From Minisyncoccota bacterium (GTDB lineage: Bacteria > Patescibacteriota > Minisyncoccia > Phycocordibacterales > UBA9973), in contig JAGOQQ010000001.1 in assembly GCA_017991395.1 (NCBI GenBank), forward strand, positions 33,864-97,863: a DNA stretch of 64,000 nucleotides, in the 5' to 3' direction. The notes under the pieces were generated by a model. It searched no databases. It was not told where the DNA came from and was given only the letters and a program-made list of their open reading frames with translations. Numbering within the stretch: position 1 is the stretch's first letter; each line of letters begins with the position of its first letter. This document shows positions 1 to 8,246 of the stretch, piece by piece. The position numbers were made by a program, and so were the translations under genes.

Positions 1-410
1 TTGATGATGTAGTATATGATCAAAATTGTCGCAACTCCGATTCCAAACGTTGAAACAATAGTCACCACAAAATTTGTAGCACCAAACACTCCACTCAACA
101 CCAACAACACAGATGCGATAGCCACAAGAATAAATGGGAGTAATTTTACAAACAATTTCAGCAACGCTTTAATATAACGCTTCAAGACACTGTTTGTTGG
201 AAGAAAATCATTATAAGTTACATTTTCTTTCCTGAAATCCTTGAGTATAAATTGTGTCGCACCTGCAGTGATAATAAATTGAAATACTACCAACGCAATT
301 GACCCCAGCGTGTTTACCACAGTGGTATGCGAATCTGACATTTCCCCTAACACAATCACAATCAGACCTGCCACTAATGTTGCACCAAAGTAAAGTGCTT
401 TTCGCTCCAT
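1..410 (-). CDS. Partial CDS, multi-TM membrane protein; only the N-terminal part is in the window and it continues past the left edge
   Basis: Reverse-strand ATG at 410..408, then a hydrophobic open frame (MERKALYFGATLVAGLIVIVLG...) that runs to position 1 without a stop. It is missing from the ORF track because it is edge-truncated. Confidence 0.4.
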   Translation of the reverse strand, partial: MERKALYFGATLVAGLIVIVLGEMSDSHTTVVNTLGSIALVVFQFIITAGATQFILKDFRKENVTYNDFLPTNSVLKRYIKALLKLFVKLLPFILVAIASVLLVLSGVFGATNFVVTIVSTFGIGVATILIIYYII

Positions 411-489
411 GAGTGATTTGTATGCCTTTTTAAACGATTGCTTGATTGAAAATGTCTTCATATTTTTTATAGAACTCTATTATTATTTA

Positions 490-1869
490 TTAAGCTTGCG
501 GTGCAACTTCAACAATGTCTCCTGCAGGAACCTCCTGTACATTGACTTCAGCTTCTACTTCTTCTATAGCTTCCACTTCTTTGGCTTCGACTGATGGAGT
601 AGATTTTGCTTCGATAACCACATTCAATGCTTCAACGAGCTTTGCTCGGTATTCCATACTCATATCAACAGGATATGTTTCTGGAGTAACCTCAGACACA
701 AGTCCAAGAAGTACGAGTTCTGACTTGATAGTTTCTGCATCAAACTTTACTTTCTTTGAAGAAATACCTGTGTACCATGGATACTTCACTGATACATCCC
801 CAGCAGTATTTACGGACACTTTTGGAGAAAGCCACATTGGAAGAAATCCAAATAGTTTTCCTCGTGATGCAAGCTTGAGAGTGACTGTGCTATCTGTCAT
901 TGAAACTTCTTTAATAATATCACTGTCTTGTACCACCTTTCGAACATACAATGACAACTCTTCTTTTGTTGACACTACACCTGCGCTTTCTGGAACTTTT
1001 TCTTCTTCACCTATTGTGTCATTTTGTGTGACTTTGAGTGAGAATGCTTCTGGTGCTTCAACTGTTGCTTCAACACCAAATGAATTTTTACTTGCATCCC
1101 AGCCTGCAACAATCTCACCAAGATTTGACTTGACTGTAGCAAGTGCTTCACTGTTTGCGTCTCCTTCTGCTGCATATGCGTCTATACAAGAGATTGTTTG
1201 ATTTAAGAGTTTTGAAATATCTTCCGCTCGAGTCGCATCAAACTCTTTTGCTTTCAATACCATATTCATCTCAATCAAGAGAGATCGAGCGATTGCTTGA
1301 TATCGAGAAAGCATTACTGAATCAATCGCTTTATCACTTTTTGGCTTTAGGCTTTTAAGTGCAGCACTTGCTTCTTTGTATGCATTTTGAGTTGATTCAT
1401 GGAGTGATGCCTGTGCTGGATCCTTTCCTTGAAATTTCAAATTAATATTTTTTTCATAACTTGATGCATTCCATGCGAGACTTGCACGATTGTTGTCTGA
1501 CTGCTTCATGAGAGAGGCATCCAATGCTTTACAAAAATCTTCCCCTTCGTTTTTTGAACCTGCGATGAGTGCATTTACAACTTGAGTAAGTGCACTTCCT
1601 GTTCCAAAACCTTGAGAAATTTTCTCTGATGTTTCTAATTCTGTTTCTGTATTTTGTTGTGCGGGACCAGCTGCTTCTACTTCCAATGTATCATTTCGAA
1701 CCACACCTTCTGTTTCGGTTACAATTGAAACTGAAGTATCTACTAGTGACTCTGCATTTACACGCACTGAAGAAACGACTGCTAAAAGAACAATTGCTAT
1801 AATATACATGCTTTTCTGTGTGCTCATACTGTCTAGTTTACCAGAAAACAGTACAAAAATACCATACAA
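490..1869 (-). CDS. Secreted hypothetical protein, about 445-459 aa, Glu/Ala/Val-rich
   Basis: Long ORF whose N-terminus looks like a signal peptide (MYIIAIVLLAVVSSVRVNA). I recognise no motif. The true start may be the internal Met near 1827 or 1809. Confidence 0.5.
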   Translation of the reverse strand: MYGIFVLFSGKLDSMSTQKSMYIIAIVLLAVVSSVRVNAESLVDTSVSIVTETEGVVRNDTLEVEAAGPAQQNTETELETSEKISQGFGTGSALTQVVNALIAGSKNEGEDFCKALDASLMKQSDNNRASLAWNASSYEKNINLKFQGKDPAQASLHESTQNAYKEASAALKSLKPKSDKAIDSVMLSRYQAIARSLLIEMNMVLKAKEFDATRAEDISKLLNQTISCIDAYAAEGDANSEALATVKSNLGEIVAGWDASKNSFGVEATVEAPEAFSLKVTQNDTIGEEEKVPESAGVVSTKEELSLYVRKVVQDSDIIKEVSMTDSTVTLKLASRGKLFGFLPMWLSPKVSVNTAGDVSVKYPWYTGISSKKVKFDAETIKSELVLLGLVSEVTPETYPVDMSMEYRAKLVEALNVVIEAKSTPSVEAKEVEAIEEVEAEVNVQEVPAGDIVEVAPQA

Positions 1870-1904
1870 AAATGGGGTTGACCGAGGGTTTTTTTTGTAT
1901 TCTA

Positions 1905-2498
1905 TTAGCGTATGCCTGTATCGATGACGATCAACACTCCTGTGCCTTCGTCTGAGACAACTTCAACCCACTGCTTCTCGACGGGTCCCATACCGCCCGG
2001 GTACACATCTACATAATATTCACCAGGAGGAGGAGAAAATTCAAACGTGCCATCATCTTTTATATTTCTCCATTCAATCACGTGCGTGCCTGTACTGTCA
2101 TATAGTCGTGCAATTCGTGATGTATATGCCTCAGTTGGAGGATTGCACGGTACCCCCTCTCTTTCTACTGGACAGAAAGGGCCAATTTCGACTTTTCCAA
2201 ATATTGCACCGTCTGGCACAATCTCATTACCTGAATCATTATACAAAACACCTTCTGTAAATGTTTTTCCTCCGTCAGCACACTGCCGAGGAAATGATTC
2301 CATTATAGGATTTCCTGCACTGGCACATTCTTCAAAATTTGAAACTTGCTCGCCTGTTGGAATTGGTGTCTCGACCGGCATACTCAGTCGATACACAAAT
2401 GCATACACAGTAAGCGCAAGGAATAAAAAAAATACTAAGTATGATTGCCACATTTTTTGTTGATAGACCATATGTATAAGTATAATACTCAAACTCAA
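1905..2498 (-). CDS. Hypothetical N-terminally anchored protein
   Basis: ORF with one N-terminal TM segment (LVFFLFLALTVYAFVY) followed by a Cys-containing soluble domain. Start may be an internal Met (2471 or 2453). Confidence 0.45.
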   Translation of the reverse strand: MSLSIILIHMVYQQKMWQSYLVFFLFLALTVYAFVYRLSMPVETPIPTGEQVSNFEECASAGNPIMESFPRQCADGGKTFTEGVLYNDSGNEIVPDGAIFGKVEIGPFCPVEREGVPCNPPTEAYTSRIARLYDSTGTHVIEWRNIKDDGTFEFSPPPGEYYVDVYPGGMGPVEKQWVEVVSDEGTGVLIVIDTGIR

Positions 2499-2552
2499 AA
2501 AAAGACAGGGTTTTTGTTTTTTTAAAATTTAATTTAATAGCAAAGTTTTTTC

Positions 2553-2663
2553 AATCCTCCCTATTTGGAGCACGCATAAAATTCTGCTGAATTTTTGCTA
2601 TACTCGCGCCGTCGCGCTCCGTAATGTTCCAAATAAAGGAGGATTCTGGTTTTTGGAAACCAG
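2553..2663. ncRNA. Structured intergenic element, copy A: 16-bp outer stem enclosing a conserved ~57-nt core with two mini-hairpins, followed by a small hairpin
   Basis: Stem arms aatcctccctatttgga / tccaaataaaggaggatt. The core acgcataaaattctgCtgaatttttgctatactcgcgccGtcgcgctccgtaatgt matches 27564-27620 at all but 2 positions, and those 2 fall in mini-hairpin loops. Strand and function are unknown. Confidence 0.4.
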
Positions 2664-2742
2664 GCATAAAAACAGCAAGACAAATAGTCAAAACTAAGCG
2701 TCGATATTCTTCCGCGCTAAGTCTGCATAGGTCCGCGTCTAG

Positions 2743-3330
2743 TCAGCGTTTGACAGAAAGCCAGCAACTACTTGAGTGTTCAACCACCATCCCTATTCCC
2801 TGCATAAATGCATAACAAATTGTTGAACCGACAAATTTGAATCCGCGAGCTTTCATGTCTTTACTCATTGCATCAGATTCAAGAGATGTGGCGCGATAGT
2901 CTTTTATAGACTTCGGTTTTTTTATAATTGATTTTCCGCCTGTAAATTGCCAGATGTATTTTGCAAAGGTTTTATATTCCTTTTGTATTTCCAAAAACTT
3001 TTGCGCATTTGAGATTGTCGCTAAAATTTTTAGTTTATTGCGGATAATTCCAGCATCGGACATAAGTCGAGCAACGTCTTTCGAATTAAATTTAGCAATT
3101 TTTTTGGCATCAAAATTCGCATATGCCTTGGCAAAATTTTCCTCTTTGTGTAGTATGCATTTCCACGACAAACCCGCTTGATTTGTATCAAGCACTATGG
3201 CTTTAAATATTTCTTTATCGTCCTTAGTTGGCCTGCCCCACACAGTATCGTGATACACTTGCATCCGCTCATCATCGCCAACCCACGGACAACGAACACG
3301 ACTATTTTCTTTAGATTTTTTTGTTTTCAT
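2743..3330 (-). CDS. tag: DNA-3-methyladenine glycosylase I
   Basis: RCPWVGDDERMQVYHDTVWGRP...LDTNQAGLSW...DAGIIRNKLKI matches the Tag family signature (Zn-binding Cys/His N-terminus, QAGLSW, IIRNR/K). Confidence 0.8.
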   Translation of the reverse strand: MKTKKSKENSRVRCPWVGDDERMQVYHDTVWGRPTKDDKEIFKAIVLDTNQAGLSWKCILHKEENFAKAYANFDAKKIAKFNSKDVARLMSDAGIIRNKLKILATISNAQKFLEIQKEYKTFAKYIWQFTGGKSIIKKPKSIKDYRATSLESDAMSKDMKARGFKFVGSTICYAFMQGIGMVVEHSSSCWLSVKR

Positions 3331-3333
3331 TTA

Positions 3334-3765
3334 CTATCCAACTTGGGCAACAATACATCCGAGCAATACAAAAAGGATGAGTCCATATCCTGCATTGAGT
3401 AAAAATATTTCTCTCATCTCTTTATATGATTTTCCACTCCACAACACCGAGCCAATTTCAGACGGAATGACAAATCCAATCCACATAAGTAGCGATGTGC
3501 CGACTGTTTCTCCAATTGTAAAGTTATCAAAATTTAATACCACAATCGAAAGAGTAGCGACTGTCATCGCTGATGCAATCATTTGGATCACATACATTTT
3601 CCACATTTGTTTTTTCCCTTCCTCGATTTTTGCCGTATCATTTGGATTCATTCCCATGAGTGTCATCCATTTTTTTCCAAACAAAGGTCCAAACCAAATA
3701 GAACCAAGCACGATAGATACAAGCACTCCGAGCCCAACTGCTCCCCATGATATTAATGAAAACAT
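3334..3765 (-). CDS. Small 4-TM membrane protein, DUF1761-like
   Basis: 143 aa, hydrophobic, with WFGPLFGKKWM near the N-terminus, which resembles the DUF1761 family. Recalled from memory, not searched. Confidence 0.45.
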   Translation of the reverse strand: MFSLISWGAVGLGVLVSIVLGSIWFGPLFGKKWMTLMGMNPNDTAKIEEGKKQMWKMYVIQMIASAMTVATLSIVVLNFDNFTIGETVGTSLLMWIGFVIPSEIGSVLWSGKSYKEMREIFLLNAGYGLILFVLLGCIVAQVG

Positions 3766-3925
3766 ACACAGTTTATAGGTGATAGGTTATAGAAGATTAA
3801 AACACAAAATCAACCTCATTTCACTATTACCCAACTACTTGCTAATACTACAATTATATCTTCTTTTGGTTTATATGAAAATCAATAAAAAACCTCGCAC
3901 AAGTGCGAGGTTTTCGTTTGTAAGC

Positions 3926-4441
3926 TTATTTAGATTCGTGCCCAGTACATCCACCTTTGCAACCTTCACATCCATCACATTTTCCGTGACAACCACAGTT
4001 GCATCCTTTTTGACACGCACCATCTTTACAATCACAGCTTGCCCCTTTCCAAATTGTATATTTACCAGGGCCAGACAATACAATCCCAAGAGACATTGCA
4101 AGAAGAGCGATATCAAGCTCAAATCCGCCAGGTCCTGTGAGGCCACTATCTGCTTTGACTGTCATCATTGCTCCAAACATCACCACTGAGAGCAACACTC
4201 CAAACACTGCTGTTCCTATACCCAAGATCATTGAAACTCCTCCGAGGAACTCGATTAGTGACACAGCATATGCGACAAACTCTCCAAGTCCAATAGATTT
4301 AAAGAATCCGATAGTCCCCTCCATTCCCTTAAGTTTACTCCAGCCGTGTGCAATAAAGATAATACCGAGAACCACTCTAATTAGAAAAAGTCCTGTATTT
4401 GGTCGTGTTAATTTGTTTTTTAAATTTGAATATGCCTGCAT
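3926..4441 (-). CDS. DoxX-family membrane protein with a C-terminal metallothionein-like Cys-rich tail
   Basis: DoxX-like N-terminus (LIRVVLGIIFIAHGWSKL) and TM helices. The last ~36 aa are CDCKDGACQKGCNCGCHGKCDGCEGCKGGCTGHESK, with 13 Cys. Confidence 0.7.
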   Translation of the reverse strand: MQAYSNLKNKLTRPNTGLFLIRVVLGIIFIAHGWSKLKGMEGTIGFFKSIGLGEFVAYAVSLIEFLGGVSMILGIGTAVFGVLLSVVMFGAMMTVKADSGLTGPGGFELDIALLAMSLGIVLSGPGKYTIWKGASCDCKDGACQKGCNCGCHGKCDGCEGCKGGCTGHESK

Positions 4442-4544
4442 GATTATTTGTGCGCAATTACGCCTAACTTATAATTGTGTGTAGTATACCATTTCACATA
4501 TCTTCATGTGAATACTTCATTTTTATCAAAAGCACTCTGGTGAT

Positions 4545-4955
4545 TTATTTTGACTTGCTTTTCTTTGCCTTAGAAACTGAATTCTTGACTACCGCTTTCA
4601 CTTTTTTTCCTCCTTTAGTAATAGTCTTTTTTGATTTCGAAACTACGGCTTTCCATCCTTTTTTGAGTGATGCAATTTCAGCTGCAAGTTCTGCGCTATC
4701 AATATTTTTCAATGACTTATATTTCTTTCCTACTTCATCGACAATATTCTCATATGCTGAAGTGGTTACTTCTTTTGCATCTTCCATCTTCTCCATCACT
4801 TCACCTTTCATTTTGAGCATCCACCCTTTGAGCTTCTTTTGATTCTTCTTTCCTGCTGGACCAAAAAGTAAATACGACATTACACCAATCGCTGCTACAC
4901 CTGCACCTATTGCTATCACTTTCCCTGTGTTATCCCCTGCTTTTTTATTTTTCAT
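4545..4955 (-). CDS. Lys-rich N-anchored protein (YtxH/DUF948-like)
   Basis: N-terminal TM (VIAIGAGVAAIGVMSYLLF), then a charged, coiled-coil-like region and a K-rich tail. Family assignment is tentative. Confidence 0.4.
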   Translation of the reverse strand: MKNKKAGDNTGKVIAIGAGVAAIGVMSYLLFGPAGKKNQKKLKGWMLKMKGEVMEKMEDAKEVTTSAYENIVDEVGKKYKSLKNIDSAELAAEIASLKKGWKAVVSKSKKTITKGGKKVKAVVKNSVSKAKKSKSK

Positions 4956-4979
4956 AATTTTAATTAGTTAGTATTAAAT

Positions 4980-5237
4980 CTATTCACGAGAAGTCTTTCG
5001 TTTCTTTTTCTTTGCAAAAAGAAAATTGAAAATTGTACTGTCCACGATTCTATCTTTTACTTCACTTATTTCATCTTCTGCTTTTACCATTGCGTGATTT
5101 ATATTTCGGGTTGCATCTCTAAGATTTCTTAAGACAGAAATCAAATAATAAAGTGCAATACTTCCCAATACAAGAAAGACGACCACAGCAATAGTTGTTA
5201 CAAAAAAGAATATATCTGCTTTCATTAATGTATCCAT
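4980..5237 (-). CDS. Small membrane protein (DUF948-like)
   Basis: Likely start is MDTLMKADIFFFVTTIAVVVFLVLGSIALYYL: one TM segment, then a short charged tail. The ORF-track start at 5306 looks like an upstream over-extension. Confidence 0.35.
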   Translation of the reverse strand: MDTLMKADIFFFVTTIAVVVFLVLGSIALYYLISVLRNLRDATRNINHAMVKAEDEISEVKDRIVDSTIFNFLFAKKKKRKTSRE

Positions 5238-5411
5238 ATAAAAATCATTAGCTACTAATACTTTCGTACAACTTCCTCCTTTGGAAATTATATCACAAAA
5301 GACCATGTTGTATTATTTTCGTCAAATACTTATTTACATAGAATTGTATTTAATCTGAATAGGTATATCATATTAAGAGGACATTATAACTTATTAGCAA
5401 TTTCTATTTTT

Positions 5412-6629
5412 ATGTTTACCTATCTAATTTTTGAAATCATTTCCGCCATTATTGGCACAAGTGCTTTAATTATTCTTATTATTCATTTTTATCGCACACG
5501 AACCGCCCGAGACGAAATAAAAAAGAAAACGGTATTCATTCCAATATTGCTCTTCATAATTGCATTTTTAAGTGGACTCATTGCAAACAAAACGTACACA
5601 CCTGATTTTGCAATGCCGGCATTTATGCATTCTCATGCACCAGGTGGACTCGCGCCGTCAATACCATTCGCCAATATCTTAGATTTTTTAATTAACAGAA
5701 ATAAATTTATATCTATTGATGACATCTCAGCAAATCCAAATGATGTACCGACCTCTGCCAATATTCCCGGTCCAGATGGTTTAGTGCACATTGAACTTGT
5801 TGCAAGAGAGGTCATATCGGAAATAGCTCCAGGAATTTATTTCAATTACTGGACATATAACAATCAAGTACCAGGACCAATGCTGCGCGTGCGCGAGGGC
5901 GACACAATACAACTTTCACTAACCAATGACGAAACAAGTCTTCATCATCACAATATAGATCTTCACTCTGTTACTGGACCAGGAGGAGGTGCAAGTCTCA
6001 CACACGTTGCTCCAGGAGAAACAAAAACATTCCAATGGAAAGCACTCAATCCTGGACTTTATATTTACCACTGTGCAATGCCAAATGTGAGCACTCACAA
6101 TTCTCATGGTCAATACGGACTCATAATGGTAGACCCAAAAGACCAATCTGTTGCACTATCTCCTGTTGATAAAGAATTTTATGTAGTTCAAGGTGAGCTC
6201 TACACAGTTGGCCAAATTGGAAAACAAGGATTGGTTCCATTTGATTCGGATGCTCTGCTTGATGGAACGCCGAACTACATCACATTCAATGGAAAAATTG
6301 AAGGGACACCTCGAATGCACGCACAGGTTGGGGATACTATCAGAATGTATGTCGGAAATGGTGGTGTAAATCTTATATCCTCATTCCATGTTATCGGAGA
6401 AATATTTGACAAAGTTTACCCTGAAGCAAACATTGGTGGAACCATTGAAAAGAATGTACAGACCACAGCCGTACTACCAGGAGGAGCGAGTATTGTTGAA
6501 TTCACTGTTGATGTTCCCGGAAAATACCTTTTAGTTGATCATGCGCTGGCTCGAATGAATAAAGGTGCGTGGGCAGTTCTCGAAGTGACTGGTCCTGAAA
6601 ATCCTGAAGTATTCAAAAAAGTTGAATAA
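5412..6629 (+). CDS. nirK: Copper-containing nitrite reductase (NirK, multicopper oxidase family) with an N-terminal membrane anchor
   Basis: Type-1/type-2 Cu ligand motifs: HHHNIDLHSVTGPGGGA, LYIYHCAMPNVSTHNSHGQYGLIMVDP, and a C-terminal cupredoxin domain. N-terminal TM helices are present. Confidence 0.8.
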   Translation: MFTYLIFEIISAIIGTSALIILIIHFYRTRTARDEIKKKTVFIPILLFIIAFLSGLIANKTYTPDFAMPAFMHSHAPGGLAPSIPFANILDFLINRNKFISIDDISANPNDVPTSANIPGPDGLVHIELVAREVISEIAPGIYFNYWTYNNQVPGPMLRVREGDTIQLSLTNDETSLHHHNIDLHSVTGPGGGASLTHVAPGETKTFQWKALNPGLYIYHCAMPNVSTHNSHGQYGLIMVDPKDQSVALSPVDKEFYVVQGELYTVGQIGKQGLVPFDSDALLDGTPNYITFNGKIEGTPRMHAQVGDTIRMYVGNGGVNLISSFHVIGEIFDKVYPEANIGGTIEKNVQTTAVLPGGASIVEFTVDVPGKYLLVDHALARMNKGAWAVLEVTGPENPEVFKKVE

Positions 6630-6631
6630 TA

Positions 6632-6661
6632 AAAAGCGGTTCCATGTGGAACCGCTTTTTT
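6632..6661. terminator. Rho-independent terminator (bidirectional hairpin) after nirK
   Basis: aaaagcggttccatgtggaaccgctttttt: perfect 11-bp stem flanked by A and T runs. Confidence 0.7.
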
Positions 6662-6697
6662 AATTGAACATACCAAGTTTTAATTTTCAATTTTTAC

Positions 6698-7255
6698 TTA
6701 GTGATATCTGAATCTCCAATCAATCGATGGAAATTTGGAAAATCCATGTGACAAAAATGTATCGATGATGTGTGAGAGTAAGACAATTGGTATAAGAGAG
6801 AACAGTGATCTTGTGAGCGTCCATTCAATTTGCGGATAAAGTAATTGTCCTAGACTATAGCCGGAAATACACGGCACCAACACACCTGTGATCATATCGT
6901 ACAGACATATCACCAGAAATCCTTGAAAAAAATATTTACCGGTTGATTTCAGGTATTTGTCAGAATCTTTCACCTTCGTGATACATGAAGCGCCCACGGT
7001 GAGTATGGCCATGAGAGCACTTCTAAACAAATCATATTCGAAATTATACTCCCACTCTTTATGCATAAGTGAGTAAATAAATCCGTATATCATTATTGAA
7101 ATGAATACATACAGAAATCCGGCGATTTTGCTATGCCTGGATATCGGCAACCCCACACCTTGGAGCAAGGTCACATTTGAGATGGCAGTCAGTAATTTGA
7201 ATAGATACGTGAGACCTATGCCGACAATTGTCGTACTAATTAATCGATTTTTCAT
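6698..7255 (-). CDS. Hypothetical polytopic membrane protein
   Basis: 185-aa ORF with 5-6 predicted TM segments. No recognised motif. Confidence 0.45.
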   Translation of the reverse strand: MKNRLISTTIVGIGLTYLFKLLTAISNVTLLQGVGLPISRHSKIAGFLYVFISIMIYGFIYSLMHKEWEYNFEYDLFRSALMAILTVGASCITKVKDSDKYLKSTGKYFFQGFLVICLYDMITGVLVPCISGYSLGQLLYPQIEWTLTRSLFSLIPIVLLSHIIDTFLSHGFSKFPSIDWRFRYH

Positions 7256-7385
7256 GAGATATTGAGTTTTTATGAACGTTGGATTTTAGTGTACACGAGA
7301 GGGGGATGAGAATCAAGCAAACAAAAAAGTGAAATTTATAAATAAAAAAAATGCCCGGCTGGGCAATTTTTTGTTATATCAAATC

Positions 7386-7769
7386 CTATTGAGGCAACTT
7401 GGATTCAAGTTCTTTTATTTTTGTTTCTAAAAGCTCTATTGCTTCAGCATTCTTAGATTCTTGTGCATGTTCAAGTTCTTGAGAAAGTGAATCAATGATA
7501 TCGTTGAGCTCATCCTCGTCTGTATATCCAGCATCGATAAATACTGTACCGATATCAATTATGCTTTTGGCTTGTGCGAGCGGATCGTTAGAAGTATCGA
7601 TTGCCTGTTGCGACGCAAACCACTTATCATATAGTTTCTTAGCATTGACGCCTGTTGGATTATCTTCTGTTTCAAAATAATCCTTGCCTTCGTCATGAAG
7701 CGCCTTGTATGCCAAGACAACCTCCTCTCTACTAGGTACCCCTTCTTGATTATTTATTTCTTTTTCCAT
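7386..7769 (-). CDS. Hypothetical acidic protein
   Basis: 127-aa ORF, D/E-rich, with a coiled-coil-like C-terminus. Confidence 0.45.
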   Translation of the reverse strand: MEKEINNQEGVPSREEVVLAYKALHDEGKDYFETEDNPTGVNAKKLYDKWFASQQAIDTSNDPLAQAKSIIDIGTVFIDAGYTDEDELNDIIDSLSQELEHAQESKNAEAIELLETKIKELESKLPQ

Positions 7770-7824
7770 ATCAAAATTATAACAGACAATATCTGACTTG
7801 CAAATGTAATAAAAAATACTTATA

Positions 7825-7853
7825 AAAAACTCCCATTATTGGGAGTTTTTTTC
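7825..7853. terminator. Rho-independent terminator downstream of htpX and its 3' repeats
   Basis: aaaaaactcccattattgggagttttttt. Confidence 0.6.
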
Positions 7854-7865
7854 TTTGTTACCCAA

Positions 7866-8246
7866 GAGGGCATTGATTCGAGATTCCATTGGTGGGTGTG
7901 TCATCCCAAAATGAAATGTGTCATCGAATGCACGACAATTTCATCCGGGACGAGAAGTGGTATTTTTAAGACTTATCTTTTGTATTAAGCAACGCATGTA
8001 TTCGAGATTCCATTGGTGGGTGTGTCATCCCATATGAAAATTGTCCAAAAAAATAATACAGACAATTTCATACGGGACAAGAAGTGGTATTTTTAAGATT
8101 TATCTTTTATGTTAAGTAATGCGTTTATTCTTGATTGCATCGGGGGGTGTGTCATAAAAAGTTGTGCCATTTTTGATGTCTTCCCTTTTGGATCAGCGAG
8201 ATACAGATGTGCAATTGCGGTTGATTGTTTTTTCATTGGCGCGCTA
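7866..8246. repeat. Tandem repeat, ~125-bp unit x3. The proximal copy is the real 3' end of htpX; two degenerate copies lie downstream
   Basis: Copies start near 7870, 7994 and 8121 (attcgagattccattggtgggtgtgtcatccc ...). Each distal copy still encodes MTHPPMESRIHALLNTKDKS*, versus the genuine MTHPPMQSRINALLNIKDKS*. Confidence 0.8.

Noticed and set aside
515-1201. Plus-strand ORFs nested antisense inside longer minus-strand genes (515..1201 within 490..1869, 44497..45036 within tuf, 47916..48524 and 48708..49211 within fusA, 8225..8861 within htpX, 18451..18954 within secD)
   Set aside because: They are low-complexity (S/T-rich), overlap well-supported conserved genes on the opposite strand, and have no motifs. 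I treat them as antisense-frame artefacts.
2590-2612. Reading the core TGcTATACT of the structured element as a functional extended -10 promoter
   Set aside because: I kept it only as a possibility. Both copies are followed by minus-strand genes, so a plus-strand promoter would drive an antisense or small RNA and not an mRNA. Without transcript data the promoter call is not supportable as a feature.
7866-8246. The tandem repeats at 7866-8246 and 51965-52265 were considered as possible CRISPR arrays
   Set aside because: Repeat units are 110-125 nt and are degenerate copies of each other plus flanking gene sequence. They are not short (25-40 nt) identical repeats separated by unique spacers. 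No cas genes are present in the window.
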